A DNA stretch of 64,000 bases from Octopus sinensis (Eukaryota): contig NC_043001.1 in assembly GCF_006345805.1 (NCBI RefSeq), positions 84,134,001-84,198,000 on the forward strand, written 5' to 3'. The position numbers and the translations under genes were made by a program. Below the pieces are notes generated by a model, which was given only the letters and a program-made list of their open reading frames with translations, searched no databases and had not been told where the DNA came from. This document shows positions 13,641 to 26,860 of this stretch, one piece after another. Position 1 is the stretch's first letter. Each line of letters starts with the position of its first letter.

Positions 13641-14137
13641 TTTTCCTTGTAAAAGTTTAACAAACTTGTATTCGACTTAAAGTTACTGAATAATTCTTTA
13701 TTTTAATGGTAAATTGTTTATATACATGTATGTGTGTATGTATGTATGTATGTATATATATATATGAATGTATGTATATACATGAATGTATGTATATACA
13801 TGAATGTATGTATATACACATATGTATGTATTATAGTTTAATACAATATGTATATATATATATATATATAAATAATCAATAATAATAAAGGGTAAAATTA
13901 ATTAATTAACTAGTAATTAATAATTCCACCAAGTAGAATTCGGCATGAAAAAGGACCATTTTTCGGTAAACTTAAACAATATTTTATAATTAGGGTTTAG
14001 CAAAGATTTACTTCACCATATACCAAAGTTTAGAAATAGCAGCCAAAGAACCTTAGCTATTTCTTCTACTATAAGAAGAGACTCCCGGACAAAACAAAAT
14101 ACTCGAAATAACCCACGCACACAGAGAGGAAAAACAA

Positions 14138-14213
<76 letters not shown>

Positions 14214-14829
14214 TGTGTGTATGTATATTAAGATGAAGGAGGCTGTCAGAATTTTGGATAATTATTTATGAAAAAGTTCGGTTGAACTGACGAAAGCGCT
14301 AATATAGAATTATCCAAAATCTATCTATAAATAAAAATCAAATTTTTATTTATAAAAGATGGAGGTGGAAATAGCACAGAAGTAAGCCTAAGATATTTCA
14401 ATTTAAGAGGGAAGTTAATAAAGAATTATATTAAAAAAATACACCGGTTTCGATGTATCGCTTCAAATATCAGTAAAAATTTATAAAAATTTGTAGTAAA
14501 CACAATTTATGTTTTGTCTGGGGGTCAAGACATGTTCTATTTATATAAAATACCTCCATCTTTTATATATATATATATATATATATGGAAAAGACGGTCA
14601 AGATAGAAAATGCTAAAATAATTTTATAAAAAGCATTGCAGTACCGGTTTCAGTTATTGAGACTTTTTCAACTGTAACAATTAAATAATTAAATTTAGAA
14701 CAATTAAAAGAAAAGTTTAAAAAAAAAAAAATATTTGTATAGTATTCAAATACAAGTGCCATTTTCCTTGTTTCTGCCTGTCTCTGTCTCTCTTGTTCAC
14801 TCTTGTGGGTTCGAGGTCGTTGTGTGTGC

Positions 14830-14882
<53 letters not shown>

Positions 14883-15017
14883 AGATAGATAGATAAATAG
14901 ATAGAATGAGAGAGAGAGACAAAGACAGAGAGAGATAATGAGAGAGCACGACATCCCAATTTGCAATGTAATAACGATTTTTTCTGCTATTTATTGGATA
15001 TGTCATTTATTCAACAG

Positions 15018-15097
15018 AGTTGCATACAAGTACCAGATGGACACTTGTTATCGGTGCTGTCGAGGATGGAATGGAACCGTAGAAACTGGATGTGAAG
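15018..15097 (+). CDS. EMI-like domain exon B
   Basis: caacag|A GTT GCA...TGT GAA G|gtaag. Translates (R)VAYKYQMDTCYRCCRGWNGTVETGCE. Phase 2 in joins exon A; phase 1 out joins the EGF exons. CCxGW...GC is the typical EMI C-terminal motif. Confidence 0.88.
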
Positions 15098-15499
15098 GTA
15101 AGAGAATTCGTTTAGTTAATGAAGGGCAAGAAATACCCACGACTCCTATATTTTTTAGAGATTCTAAATTACGTTATACAATAACGTTATATTTGTTCGA
15201 TTTGCAAATATATATAGAAATTAGCTTACGGTTACTTGCAGGTCAAGCAATTGCGTACAAGTTACTTTATCTCTTGTTGTTGCTGTTATTGTTGTCGTAT
15301 TGACAATGTTGTTGCTGTTTGTTGTCCTTTAACAATTTTATGTTGCCAAAGGTAACTTTAAGCATATTTTGAATTCAAATCAAATCATGATTTTCAAAGA
15401 TTATTGATTGTTTGATTAACATGTCAAATTAAAAGTATTCATTCTTTACAGCGTGATGTCCCGTCTAGCTTAATATTTCATAGCAGTAATACAATTAGT

Positions 15500-15757
15500 A
15501 TGTGGAGGCGCGTGGCTTAGTGGTTAGAGTGTCAGCTTCATGATCGTAAGTTTGTGGTTTCAATTCCTGGAACGGGCGACGCGGTGTGTTCTTGAGCAAA
15601 ACACTTCATTTCACGTTGCTCCAGTCCACCCAGCTGGCAAAAAAGGAGTAACGCTGCGATGGACTGGCGTCCTGTCCAGCTGGGAAACACATACGCCATA
15701 GAAACCGGGAAACCAGGCCCATGAGCCTGGCTAGGCTTTAAAAGGGCGCATTTATTT
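15500..15757 (+). mobile_element. SINE family C (tRNA-derived)
   Basis: A-box-like TGGCTTAGTGG and B-box-like GTTTCAATTCC; 13-bp TSD taatacaattagt. Confidence 0.85.
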
Positions 15758-16890
15758 TAATACAATTAGTTGGATAAATTATTAATTAATCTCTTAAGTA
15801 TGTTTCGTAGTGGTAACACACCTGATTGCATTAGTTATTTAATCTGTTAATTAATATGTTTTGTAGCGGCAATAGGACAGATTGGATTAGTTATTAATTA
15901 GCCTGTTAGCTTAAGTTTCGTAGCACCAGTGTACCTAGGACTACTTTATCTAATAAGTCCTATTATTGGAAGTAGAGAAGTACATTTTATTTGAGCGAAA
16001 TGTAGCTACTATTTCGAGCAATCAATCACAGGGTCCGTGATAGGTTGATATTGTTTAGCACCAGGTGAGTCCAGATCAAGCCGACTTGTGATCAAAAACA
16101 TACCAGCCGTGATCATCCCAATTTTTACCGTCTAATTGCCCCAAAATATATTTATTTACGCCGACGTTACACCCTTGATTTAAAAGGAAGAAAATCATAG
16201 ATTCCTTGAATTTAAACGATTTATTGAATCTATTTATATGGAGAACACAATTATAAATATAAAGAATATAAAACAAATGCGATAAAATAAATTAATATCC
16301 TCATTACGAAACAAAAGGGTTTTTCTAGAAAATTTTTCACTTCCGGTTTTGAATAAATGATGTTTCATTTTTGTTAGAATTACATCAAAACTGGGGCATT
16401 TTGATGCCAGAGCAATTTAGATAGTCTTCGGGAACCAATAGATTGCTCTGCTTTGTTTTTATGTTGCAAAGGGTGGTTGTTGCAAAAGGCATCAACTTTT
16501 TGACTGCCTCCTCATGCAAGGGAAAAAAAAATTCTGTCGTAACAAGGAACACGTTTTTTTTAATATATAATTTTACTTATGTCTGATGAGTCCTCATTAC
16601 ACCCCAAGAATTTAATTTTTACCCCACTTGGGTTAAATTATACCGGTTCGCCGACCCCTGGTCTATGTGCATCCAAGTACATATTATTGAATACATTCAT
16701 TTCTAGCTGAAAGTTTTTATTTGGCTAGTGTTTCTTGCAGGCCAAACAATCATGCAAAGGCTCCTTCCATTGTAGGGACGTGGGTTTATCTATCGGAAAA
16801 TTTTGTTTTATTCAGAATGCAACCTAAGATGGCAGTAATGAGGTCACTACGTAATAAATCATTTTCATTTACATAATTTCCTCTGAGCAG

Positions 16891-17013
16891 ATATCAACGA
16901 ATGCGATAGTGGAAACGCCGAATGTGACCATATATGTCACAACACACCGGGATCCTACTCATGTGACTGCAGGAAAGGTTACTATCTGCAACCGGATGGT
17001 AAACAATGCAGAG
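16891..17013 (+). CDS. cbEGF exon 1
   Basis: ag|...|gtgaga, 123 nt; [41 protein letters not shown]. Confidence 0.93.
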
Positions 17014-17029
17014 GTGAGACATCTTGTAC

Positions 17030-17560
17030 ATTTCTCTTTCTTTCTTCGTCTTCTTCTCTTTGTCTTCCTATTCCTCCCCCTACTTTCTTCTTCTTCTTCT
17101 TCTTCTTCTTCTTCTTCTTCTTCTTCTTCTTCTTCTTCTTCTTCTTCTTCTTCTTCCCCTCCTCCTCCTCCTCATCCTCATTCCTCTCTTCACCTTTTTC
17201 TTCTACCCCTTCACATCCCCCTCTTCCTCTCCTCCTCCCTCTCTTTACTTTTCTTCCTCCCCTTCGCTTCCTCCTCCTCACACTCCCCCCTCCTTGTTGT
17301 TGCTGTTGTTGTTGTTCTTCTTCTTTCCTTCTTCTTCTTTCCTTCTTCTTCTTCTTCTTCTTCTTCTTCTTTCTCTTGTCCTTCCTCTTGTTATTTCACT
17401 TTTTCCTCTTCGTCGTCTTCTCTTCGCCTTCCTCTTCCTTCCCGCTACTTTCTTCTTCTTCCTTCTTATCTTATTCTTCTTCTTCTTCTTCTTCTTCTTC
17501 TTCTTCTTCTTCTTTTCTTCTTCTTCTTCATCATCTTCTTCTTCTTCTACTTTCAACTAA
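17030..17560. repeat. Compound (TTC)n/(CCT)n polypyrimidine tract
   Basis: Fills almost the whole intron between EGF exons 1 and 2. Confidence 0.95.
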
Positions 17561-17598
17561 TTATTCTTTCACACCTTTACAATACTATATTTGATCAG

Positions 17599-17721
17599 AC
17601 ATCAACGAGTGTATAATAGCCAACGGTGGGTGTGAACATGTGTGTACAAATGTACATGGCAACGTCGTATGTTCGTGTCGGAAAGGATACGTTCTTAATA
17701 AAGACAAGAAGACATGCGCTG
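17599..17721 (+). CDS. cbEGF exon 2
   Basis: ag|...|gtgagt, 123 nt; DINECIIANGGCEHVCTNVHGNVVCSCRKGYVLNKDKKTCA. Confidence 0.93.
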
Positions 17722-18064
17722 GTGAGTCTGCTTTAGTTTAACTACATCCACTACACATACACAAGTACATGCAGACAGGCAAGCATACATATAACCACAC
17801 ACATTCACAGATACATACATGCACGCATATATACATGCATACACTTGCATATATACATGCATACACACGCATATATACGCATGCACACACACTCATATGC
17901 ATCTATTGTGACCGACTGAGTAACTCGTTACATTTAAATAAATTGATTAATTATGTTAATTATTTAAATAAGGTTGCTTTTATACCGTTGAAACAACTGT
18001 TGTTAACTTAATTATTCATGAGTAAAACTTACGCCATTTTGCAGTCTCTGCATATATATAATAA

Positions 18065-18147
<83 letters not shown>

Positions 18148-18399
18148 TGAGGGAATACTATTCCTAACTTACAGGGAAAAATTCAATTTAGAAATACTAA
18201 ATCAACTTTCACAAAATATTATATATATATATGAATTAGAAAAAAAACACCTTTTATCAATTAAAAATGAACAATTAAATTACACCATCTAGAAAATTAC
18301 ATATAATAGAAATATTAAAAAAAATAACAATAATATACCGATGATTAAGAAAATGCAAAATAATAATAAAAAACGTATATATTTGGTGTAGAATATATC

Positions 18400-18403
18400 T
18401 ATA

Positions 18404-18499
<96 letters not shown>

Positions 18500-18532
18500 A
18501 TATATATTATATATATATATATATACAGATAT

Positions 18533-18620
<88 letters not shown>
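18400..18620. repeat. (TA)n microsatellite with periodic CAGA interruptions
   Basis: Visible directly. Confidence 0.9.
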
Positions 18621-18622
<2 letters not shown>

Positions 18623-18830
18623 TAAAGGGTGAAATATAATTAATTAATAAAATCAATAAATTTCACCTAGTAGTAATTTCGGTATGGAAAGGACCATATT
18701 CGGTACAAATTTATATAATTATAATAAAGGGTTTTTGTGCAACAATATTTTCGGTATGTGGTTTAAGCAACTTGACACAAAAACCCTTATTATAATTATA
18801 TATATATATATATATATATATAGATATATA

Positions 18831-18874
<44 letters not shown>

Positions 18875-19014
18875 TGTTTGTATGTCAAGTTATTAGAAAT
18901 AATTTTGACATTAAAATAAATGATATTCAGCATCTATTGCAGGGCACTATTAATTTTTCTTCAACTGTCAACACTCTTCTTGTTATAGAATATCTTTCTA
19001 TTTAGCTAGCTAGT

Positions 19015-19117
19015 TATCTGTCCATCCATCCATCCATCCATACATCCATCCATCCATCCATCCATCCATCCATCCATCCATCTATCCATCCATTCATCCA
19101 TCCATCCATCCATCCAT

Positions 19118-19148
<31 letters not shown>

Positions 19149-19527
19149 AACAGCCAGCCAGCCAAACAGCCAGCCAGCCAGCTATCCACCCACCCGTTCG
19201 TTCAATTGTCTAGCAATCTATATATCTATCTGTATGTAAGGTTATCCTTGAAAGGTACTTCTAAATATTTTCTTCTATGATCCATCATTATTCCGAAAAC
19301 TTTTCAGCTTTTGCAAGATGCTATGAGCTTTAGACCCGTTTATATTACAAGAGCTTTTCATCTTTTAAAAGAAATTTAAACATGTCAAAAACTGGAAAAG
19401 TTTCTGCAGCTGTTGCTGCTGCTACGGCTGCTGCTGCTGCTACTACTACTACTACTACTGTTACCATGACCACCGCCACTACTACCACTATGACAACACC
19501 ATCATCACAATAACAACTAGCACCACT

Positions 19528-19561
<34 letters not shown>

Positions 19562-19600
19562 AGGTCACCACACCACCACCACCACCACCACCAACACCAT

Positions 19601-19650
<50 letters not shown>

Positions 19651-19680
19651 TACTACTACTACTACTACTACTACCTGTTT
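19015..19680. repeat. Compound (CCAT)n-(CCAG)n and (GCT)/(ACT)/(CAT)/(CAC)n microsatellites
   Basis: Visible directly. Confidence 0.9.
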
Positions 19681-19979
19681 CTCCTTCAGACGGTGGGTCA
19701 CTCTTTCGCAATCTTTTCGCGTATTGCAACACAGTTTTCAATCACGTGACGGATTGCTTCTAATTTTTTTGCTTTTCACTTCACCATTCTGTATTCCAAT
19801 AACTTCTATACTGATATTTCTTTATTCTGATATCAGTTAAATTTTGTTATTCTAGTGTTTTCTTATATTTCTATTTAATAATAATAGTTATTCTCTCTGT
19901 TTTTTAATTTCTTTTGAATCTCATTTTCGTATCATTCCGTTATTCATCTATTCCACTATTCTTTTATTCTTTCTTGAAG

Positions 19980-20102
19980 ACGTCAACGAATGTGATGATG
20001 GCAAAGGCGGTTGCCTTCATATCTGTATAAACACAAAAGGGTCCTACATCTGTGAATGCCAATCGGGATATTTCTTGGAAACTGACAAGCGGACCTGCAA
20101 AG
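19980..20102 (+). CDS. cbEGF exon 3
   Basis: aag|...|gtatct, 123 nt; DVNECDDGKGGCLHICINTKGSYICECQSGYFLETDKRTCK. Confidence 0.92.
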
Positions 20103-20721
20103 GTATCTAATTCAAACTTATAGAAACCACATGACATACATACATACATACATACATACATACATACATACATACATACATACATACATAGTAATTTGGG
20201 ATACAGAAAAGAAACGGAGTATAGTTATGGAAATCAGTTGCTCAACGGATGTTAATATAAAGCCGAAGATCAGCGAAAAAGAAAATACCTACGCTGAACT
20301 ATTGAGGAATCTACAGGTACTCTATTCAGATTACAAGTTCAGGCTAAAACCTATAAATATTGGGGCACTGGAATATGTAACACACTGTCTGAATAGCAAT
20401 CTTGGGAAATTAGGCTTCTCAAAACCAGAAAGGAGAAAGCTGATTCGAAAACTACAGATCTAAGCCGTCACTAAAACTTTTCAGAAGTTTATCATTTAAA
20501 TATATATGAGCATGTCTAGATATGGAACTACATGCATATTGTGAAAAATATTCAGAGAAAAAGTACAACACACCCACACACTTTCACACTCACGCATACT
20601 GGTACACATTTAAATATACACATACGCACTTATATAGATATATGCAAACATATACGCATATCTATACATGCCTTAAAGTTGAACAGATTCAAATTAACTA
20701 TACAGCTAAGCTGTTCGTTTA

Positions 20722-20972
20722 ATTTGTTCCTTCTCAAGCCATGCTTGACTCATAAGGTTCTGTTTTCCGGTTTCCTTGGCGTATAGGTTTCCCACCTGGA
20801 CGGGACGCCGGTCCGTCGCAGGTGATCTGCAAGATGCAGGAGGAAAGAGTGAAAGTAAGTTGTGGCGAAAGAGTTTTTTCGCTCATAAACACACATCGCC
20901 CGGTCTGAGATTCGAACCTGCGATCCCTCGACCGCGAGTCCACTGCTCTAACCACTAGGGCATGTGCCGCCA
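20722..20972 (-). mobile_element. SINE family C
   Basis: tRNA-like head on the minus strand; 11-bp TSD ctgttcgttta. Confidence 0.85.
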
Positions 20973-21269
20973 CTGTTCGTTTAGTAATATTACTAATTAA
21001 TTATGCAGAGTAGAATTAGATAAAAAACAAAAATTAATTGCATCTAATGATTTCTAACATTAGCTCAAGGTCATACATTTTTACTGGAACAGTTTAATTA
21101 ATTTGACAAGAAACTAATTGCAAAGAAGCGTTGATGTATAAATAAATTCGTAATTCAAATCAGAGTCTGAATTCAGAACGTAACAGGCAATAACTAAGTA
21201 CTTGAATGTATTCTGTTACCAACACCTTTGACCTGCTTGAAAGATTAGCATTACTTGTACCTTCTTCAG

Positions 21270-22020
21270 GGTGGAGAGCTGGCAGAATCGTTTGCACGCT
21301 GGGTGAAATGCTTAGCAGTATTTCGTCTGCGGCTACATTCTGAGTTCAAATTCCGCCGGGGTCGACTCTACCTTTTATGCTTTCGAGGTCGATAAATTAA
21401 GTACCAGTTACGCACTGGGGTAGATATAATCGACTTAATCCGTTTGTCTGTCCTTGTTCGTCCCTTTCTGTGTTTAGCCCCTAGTGGGTAATAAAGAAAT
21501 AGGTATTTCGTCTGCCGTTACGTTCTGAGATCAAATTCCGCCGAGGTCGACTTTGCCTTTCATCCTTTCGGGGTCGATTAAATAAGTACCAGTTACGCAC
21601 TGGGGTCGATATAATCGACTTAATCCCTTTGTCTGTTCTTGTTTGGCCCCTCTATGTTTAGCTCCTTGTGGGCAATAAAGAAATAAGAATCGTTTGCACG
21701 CTGGGTGAAATGCTTAGCAGTATTTCGTCTGCGGCTACGTTCTGAGTTCAAATTCCGCCGGGGTCGACTCTACCTTTTATGCTTTCGAGGTCGATAAATT
21801 AAGTACCAGTTACGCACTGGGGTAGATATAATCGACTTAATCCGTTTGTCTGTCCTTGTTCGTCCCCTTCTGTGTTTAGCCCCTTGTGGGTAGTAAAGAA
21901 ATAGGTATTTCGTCTGCCGCTATGTTCTAAGTTTAAATTCCGCAGAGGTCAACTCTGCCTTTTATCCTTGAGTACTGAGGTCGATGTAATCGACTTAACC
22001 CCTTTTCCCCAAACTTCAGG
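21270..22020 (+). mobile_element. SINE family A, tandemly duplicated
   Basis: Two heads and four body units. Confidence 0.82.
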
Positions 22021-22189
22021 CCTGGTGCCTATAGTACAAACGATTACTTGTATCTTCTACTTTCACTTCTTCGAAGTTTAATGGTCCTTTTCCTTTTACT
22101 TGAGGTATTGCTGGGGAGGAGGTGTATCAATTTGAAGGACTCTATCTGAAAAATCGACCCCATTAGTTATTTTTCTCTTAAGCCTGGTA

Positions 22190-22465
22190 CATATTCCATC
22201 GGTTTCATTTGCCGAACCGCTGGGTTTCGGAGACATAAACAAACCAGCACCGGTTGCCAAGTGGTGGTGACAAACACAAAATAAAAAGACATACACACAC
22301 ACACACGATAAGCTTTTGCTTTTTTCAGTTTCCATCAACCAAATCTACTCAGAAAGCTTTGGTCGGCCTAGGGTTATAGTAAAAGACACTCACCCAAAGT
22401 TCTACGCAGTGGGTTTGAACCTAGAACCATGTGGTTTTGAGGTGAACGTCTTAACACACAGTCAC
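22190..22465 (-). mobile_element. SINE family B
   Basis: Homology to other B copies. Confidence 0.72.
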
Positions 22466-22592
22466 GTATGCATCTGATCATCTCTCATTTCTTTACACAG
22501 ATTTTTACACAGGTATTTTAAGTCGCACGGTTTTGTAGCACAGAGCAAACAAGGCAGCGCTTCATAGCATTATCTGCTTCTCCACAGTCGTA

Positions 22593-23293
22593 TGAGAGGG
22601 TGCTGAAAAGATACTGGTTTGGGGTAAAAGAAAACGCAAAAGGATCAGTTAATTAAGATTTTATTCAAAATATTCCCCTTACAGATTCATACACTTATTG
22701 CAGCGGCCCTTCGGTTTTATAATAATATTGAAATTATTGTATACAGTGCTCAGATGCACTACAACTTGTCAAAAGTGCGTATAAAGCATATGCAGTAATG
22801 TACAAATGTCTGGAAAGTGAACAGTGTATGAGTCAGATACATGCTTGCGTGTGTATGGAGGGGAGAAAATCAGATGTAGTGTTGGCGAATCTCAGGAAGC
22901 ATGGAAGTTTTGAAGGATGCAGTGTTCCGACAAATTACAACTGATGCCGGCAGTTTGTTTCATACTTCAGCAACTCTTAGCGTGAAAAAATGTTTCCGAA
23001 AGTAAGTAAGATGGTTAATAATTTTATGGGTGTCTGCCAAGTCAGCTGCCAGACGTCGGAGTTTCAATGTATCCATGCCCAGGAAAGTAAGGCGTTCAGA
23101 ATATGGCAAAAACCTGATGGAGGGTATTCTCTTGGTTTAAGGTCGCTGAACGGTTTCCAAACGATTAATATCCTGGGCGAAATAGGGGTTCCAGGCCGGT
23201 TTTTCTAAGCCTTGTAAAAGAACTCGGAAATTTGGGCCTCTAACAAGGTCTTTTGCGATACCCTTAAAGCCAGGAACTTTTTAACAGCCCTCG
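22593..23293. mobile_element. Mariner-type MITE interrupted by a CR1 LINE fragment
   Basis: TA-flanked; termini match the intact 217-bp copy at 53594-53810; split at cggtttt by a ~480-bp insert. Confidence 0.75.
22719..23196 (-). mobile_element. CR1/L2-type LINE 3' fragment
   Basis: Minus strand reads ...FFTLRVAEV*NKLPASVV..., the CR1-like C-terminal FFxxRVxxxWNxLP motif. Has an (AAT)-like tail and 7-bp cggtttt duplication. Confidence 0.7.
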
Positions 23294-23299
23294 TAGCTA

Positions 23300-23640
23300 A
23301 TTGGGCCGGTCTTGTAGCACCATATAACCAAAGCAAATTTTGATCGTCCCGTTTTAGTTCTCAGACAGTTGAGAGTCTTCCACCGAATCCATAGTGCTTC
23401 TGACCCAGAAAAGAACTCTTCAAGCGTGGGAAGAGATTCCCAAGTTGATTTGACTTGTCTCGAAACCATGTAAGGAAGACTTAAGCAGACAGCAATACGA
23501 AACTGAGTTCTCGGATTCCACCCTGAAACTATATTGCGTTAAATACCGCAATGAATTTTGTTAGGTAATCAACAACTCTCCTCTGACTGCTTAGCAATTT
23601 GAAACTAGTATTTAGAAACATTTAAACTTGGAAGACTAAT
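23300..23640 (-). mobile_element. Highly decayed LINE ORF2 relic (RTE-like, tentative)
   Basis: Only weak resemblance (AVCLSLPYMVS...LWIRWKT) to the post-RT region of RTE elements. Confidence 0.3.
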
Positions 23641-23814
23641 TGAAATGTTGATGAAGTTATTATAGGTTTATTATAGTAAGTATAGAATATTCGTGTTAAA
23701 TTACATCTATATTTAAAGTGAATAAGACGCCTGTGTCTGAAATTTGTGGAATTATACATGTGCACGTCTCTCTTCCTCTCACTCTCCATATACATACAAA
23801 TATTTTAGGCTGCA

Positions 23815-23966
23815 GGCATGTCTGTGTGGTAAAAAGCTTGCTTCCAAACCATATTGTTCCGGGTTCAGTCCCACTGTGTGATACCTTGGGCTAGTGTCTT
23901 CTATTATAGTCTCGGGCTGGCCAAAGCCATGTGAGTGAATTGGGTAGACGGAAGCTGAAAGAAGTC

Positions 23967-24011
<45 letters not shown>

Positions 24012-24016
24012 ATATT

Positions 24017-24065
<49 letters not shown>

Positions 24066-24670
24066 CTGTGTTTTTCACCCCCACTTGACATCCGATACTG
24101 ATGTGTTTATGTCCCCGTAACTCACCGGTTCGGCAAAAGTGGCTGATAGAATAAGTATTAGGCTTACAAATAATACTTTTTGGGGTCAATTTCTTCGACT
24201 AAAATCCTTTAAGGCGGTGCCCCAGCATGTCAAGTGACTAAAACAAGTGAAAGAATAAAAGAATATATATATAGGCGTAGGAGTGGCTGTGTGGTAAGTA
24301 GCTTGCTTTCGAACCACATAGTTTCGGGTTTAGTCCCACTGCGTGGCACCTTCAGCAAGTGTCTTCTACTATAGCCTCGGGCCGACCAAAGCCTTGTGAG
24401 TTGATTTGGTTGACGGAAACTGAAAGAAGCCCGTCGTGTGTGTATGTGTGTGTATATGTTTGTGTGTCTGTGTTTGTCTCCCCAACATCGCTTGACAACC
24501 GATGCTGGTGTGTTTACGTCCCCGTAATCTAGCGGTGCGGCATAAGCGACCGATAGAATAAGTACTAGGTTTACAAAGAATAAGTCCTGGGGTCGATTTG
24601 TTCGACTAAAGGCGGCGCTCCATCATGGCCACAGTGAAATGACTGAAACAAGTAAAAGTGTAAAAGAGAG
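23815..24670 (+). mobile_element. Two adjacent SINE family B copies
   Basis: 23815-24260 and 24272-24670, each with head, microsatellite, body and tail. Confidence 0.82.
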
Positions 24671-25329
24671 AGTATACACACACACATATGTATAGTAAAG
24701 AAATTTGTTGCGTAATGTCGGAAGAATGCGGGAAGGTACAAAGGAAACTGGAAAATAAAATAAAACAAAGTTGCAGTTTTATCTTGTATTTCTATATTTC
24801 GGGGTTATGACCCCTTTATCAAGACATTTGGAAATGTTTTTATGCATATATATTTTTAATATATAATATATATTATATATATATATATATATATGCTAAC
24901 ACACACACACGTTCACACGTTCACACACGTACACACATACACACACGTACACAGTACACACACACACACACGCACACACACATATACTTTGTATATATGT
25001 CTGCATACATATATATGTTATATATATATATATTATATATATATATATATAATACATACATATATATATATATAGATATATATATAGAATATATATATAG
25101 TATATATATAATATATATATATTATATATATAACATACATACATACATACATATATATACACACACACACATCTACGCATACACACTTACACACAGAAGT
25201 GATCGTCACGAGGTTTTCTTTCGATGAAAGCACAATATAAACATAACTAGAACCATAGATGAGGTGAAGTTTACTATGAAGCATTGCTTTCATATCTGGA
25301 AAGTGCTTCCGCTACACACACAAATTTCC

Positions 25330-25700
25330 GAGACCCACATCTGAGTCCGTTGAGAGTCCATTGATTGGCTATGACGCAAAGGACCATGGAGAAGATCCAA
25401 GCTTGGAAAATCAATTCGAAATCATATCCGAAATGAGGTCATTTGAAAACGGAACAGAATGAACGACATGGTTGTAGATAATTGAATACACAAGTTTCAC
25501 TGGGTCGGACCCTGTCGTAACGTATACTGACATTAATCAGGCTCCATGCAATTACTAAGTAGTATCCAAGGGACCAGAAAAGCCCACTCGAAGCGCCTCC
25601 ACGATGAAGGGGAGATGATTTAATTTAATGATTTGAGGTAATGTAGAGAAGAAAGGCTCCATCAAGAAAAAATTGGAAGCGCATTGTAACCAGCGGTGCA
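25330..25700 (+). mobile_element. RTE-clade LINE 3' relic
   Basis: Broken frames give MTQRTMEK, KFHWVG and YPRDQKSPLEAPPR, matching the TQRAMER / WxWAGH / WYPRxxKRxxGRP motifs. Confidence 0.62.
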
Positions 25701-25769
25701 CAACAGAAACACAACAGGAATAGAAACATTATTTTGAATATAGTTTATTTGTATGTGCATTTATAACTA

Positions 25770-25864
<95 letters not shown>

Positions 25865-26291
25865 CTTCTACCTGCCTGTCTGTCTGTCTATCTATCTATC
25901 TCCTTCCATACACGCGCACACAACACACTCACATACACATACACGCACGCACGCACACACACACATACACACACACACATACAAACACATTTAAAAGGTT
26001 TTGCTAAAAATACTTGATACAAGCACAATAGTTAAAGAAAGATTTTCTTAAAAATTGTTTAATATTTAAAACAAAAATGGAAAACAGAACGACATGAACC
26101 TTGAAATTTTCTTGCTGTGTGTAAGTGCTTTCCCTGTTAGACTCTTCAAAAACACGTATTAAGGGTTAAATCCAATATATTCATACAGAATGTCAAGGGA
26201 AATTATTCATAACATAATTGAAAAAAACAAACGATTTTGTTGCAATCTTTATATGTTTGTTCAGTTCCTACTATCATTCCTACCTTCACAG

Positions 26292-26411
26292 ACATCAACG
26301 AATGCCAACTGGCCCATGGTGGATGCCAACATATCTGCGAGAACACTGTCGGTAGTTTCAACTGCAAATGTCGGCCAGGATATTCCTTGTTAGAAAACGG
26401 TTCCTGTTTAG
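26292..26411 (+). CDS. cbEGF exon 4
   Basis: cag|...|gtaagt, 120 nt; [40 protein letters not shown]. Confidence 0.93.
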
Positions 26412-26449
26412 GTAAGTCCCTCGGCCTGGATAGATTCAAGAGATGATAA

Positions 26450-26860
26450 ATGATTAATTGATTGATTTTATGTTTGAGTGACTGATCGATCGTTTGATTT
26501 GTTACTTGGTTGGCGGGGGTGGGTAGGTTGATAGTTCAGTTAACTGAGCTGTTCAGTGACTGACCGAGTATTTGATTGATTGGTTGATTGGTGGTTAATG
26601 TTGATTGAGTGATTAATATGATCGTTTACTTGCATGATGGGTATTGATTTATTAGATGTTTGATCTATTGAATAAGTGATTGGTTGATCATTTTATTGAC
26701 TAGTTGATTGATGATTGATTAATTAAATGATTGATCGGTTGGTTGTTTGGCTAGTCAATTGGCTGATGAATTGTCTGCGTGTTTTATTAATCGAATGATT
26801 AATCTGCTGCAAGTATTAACTGATTGATTGATTGATTGACTGGCCACTAAAGTTATCTAT
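26450..26860. repeat. Decayed (GATT)n-type repeat
   Basis: Recurring gattg/ttgat/ggttg units. Confidence 0.7.

Noticed and set aside
15500-15600. tRNA-like sequences (also near 20900, 24280, 29880, 51400)
   Set aside because: They are SINE heads continuing into SINE bodies, some with clear TSDs; no complete cloverleaf.
13930-18720. Two related TA-embedded segments (~13940 and ~18670) with a hairpin followed by CGAA(A/T) on the minus strand
   Set aside because: Cores are too decayed to call as hammerheads without a family consensus.
21270-22020. Regularly spaced repeats superficially like a CRISPR array
   Set aside because: Units are ~165-bp SINE bodies with no unique spacers, in a eukaryotic context with no cas genes.
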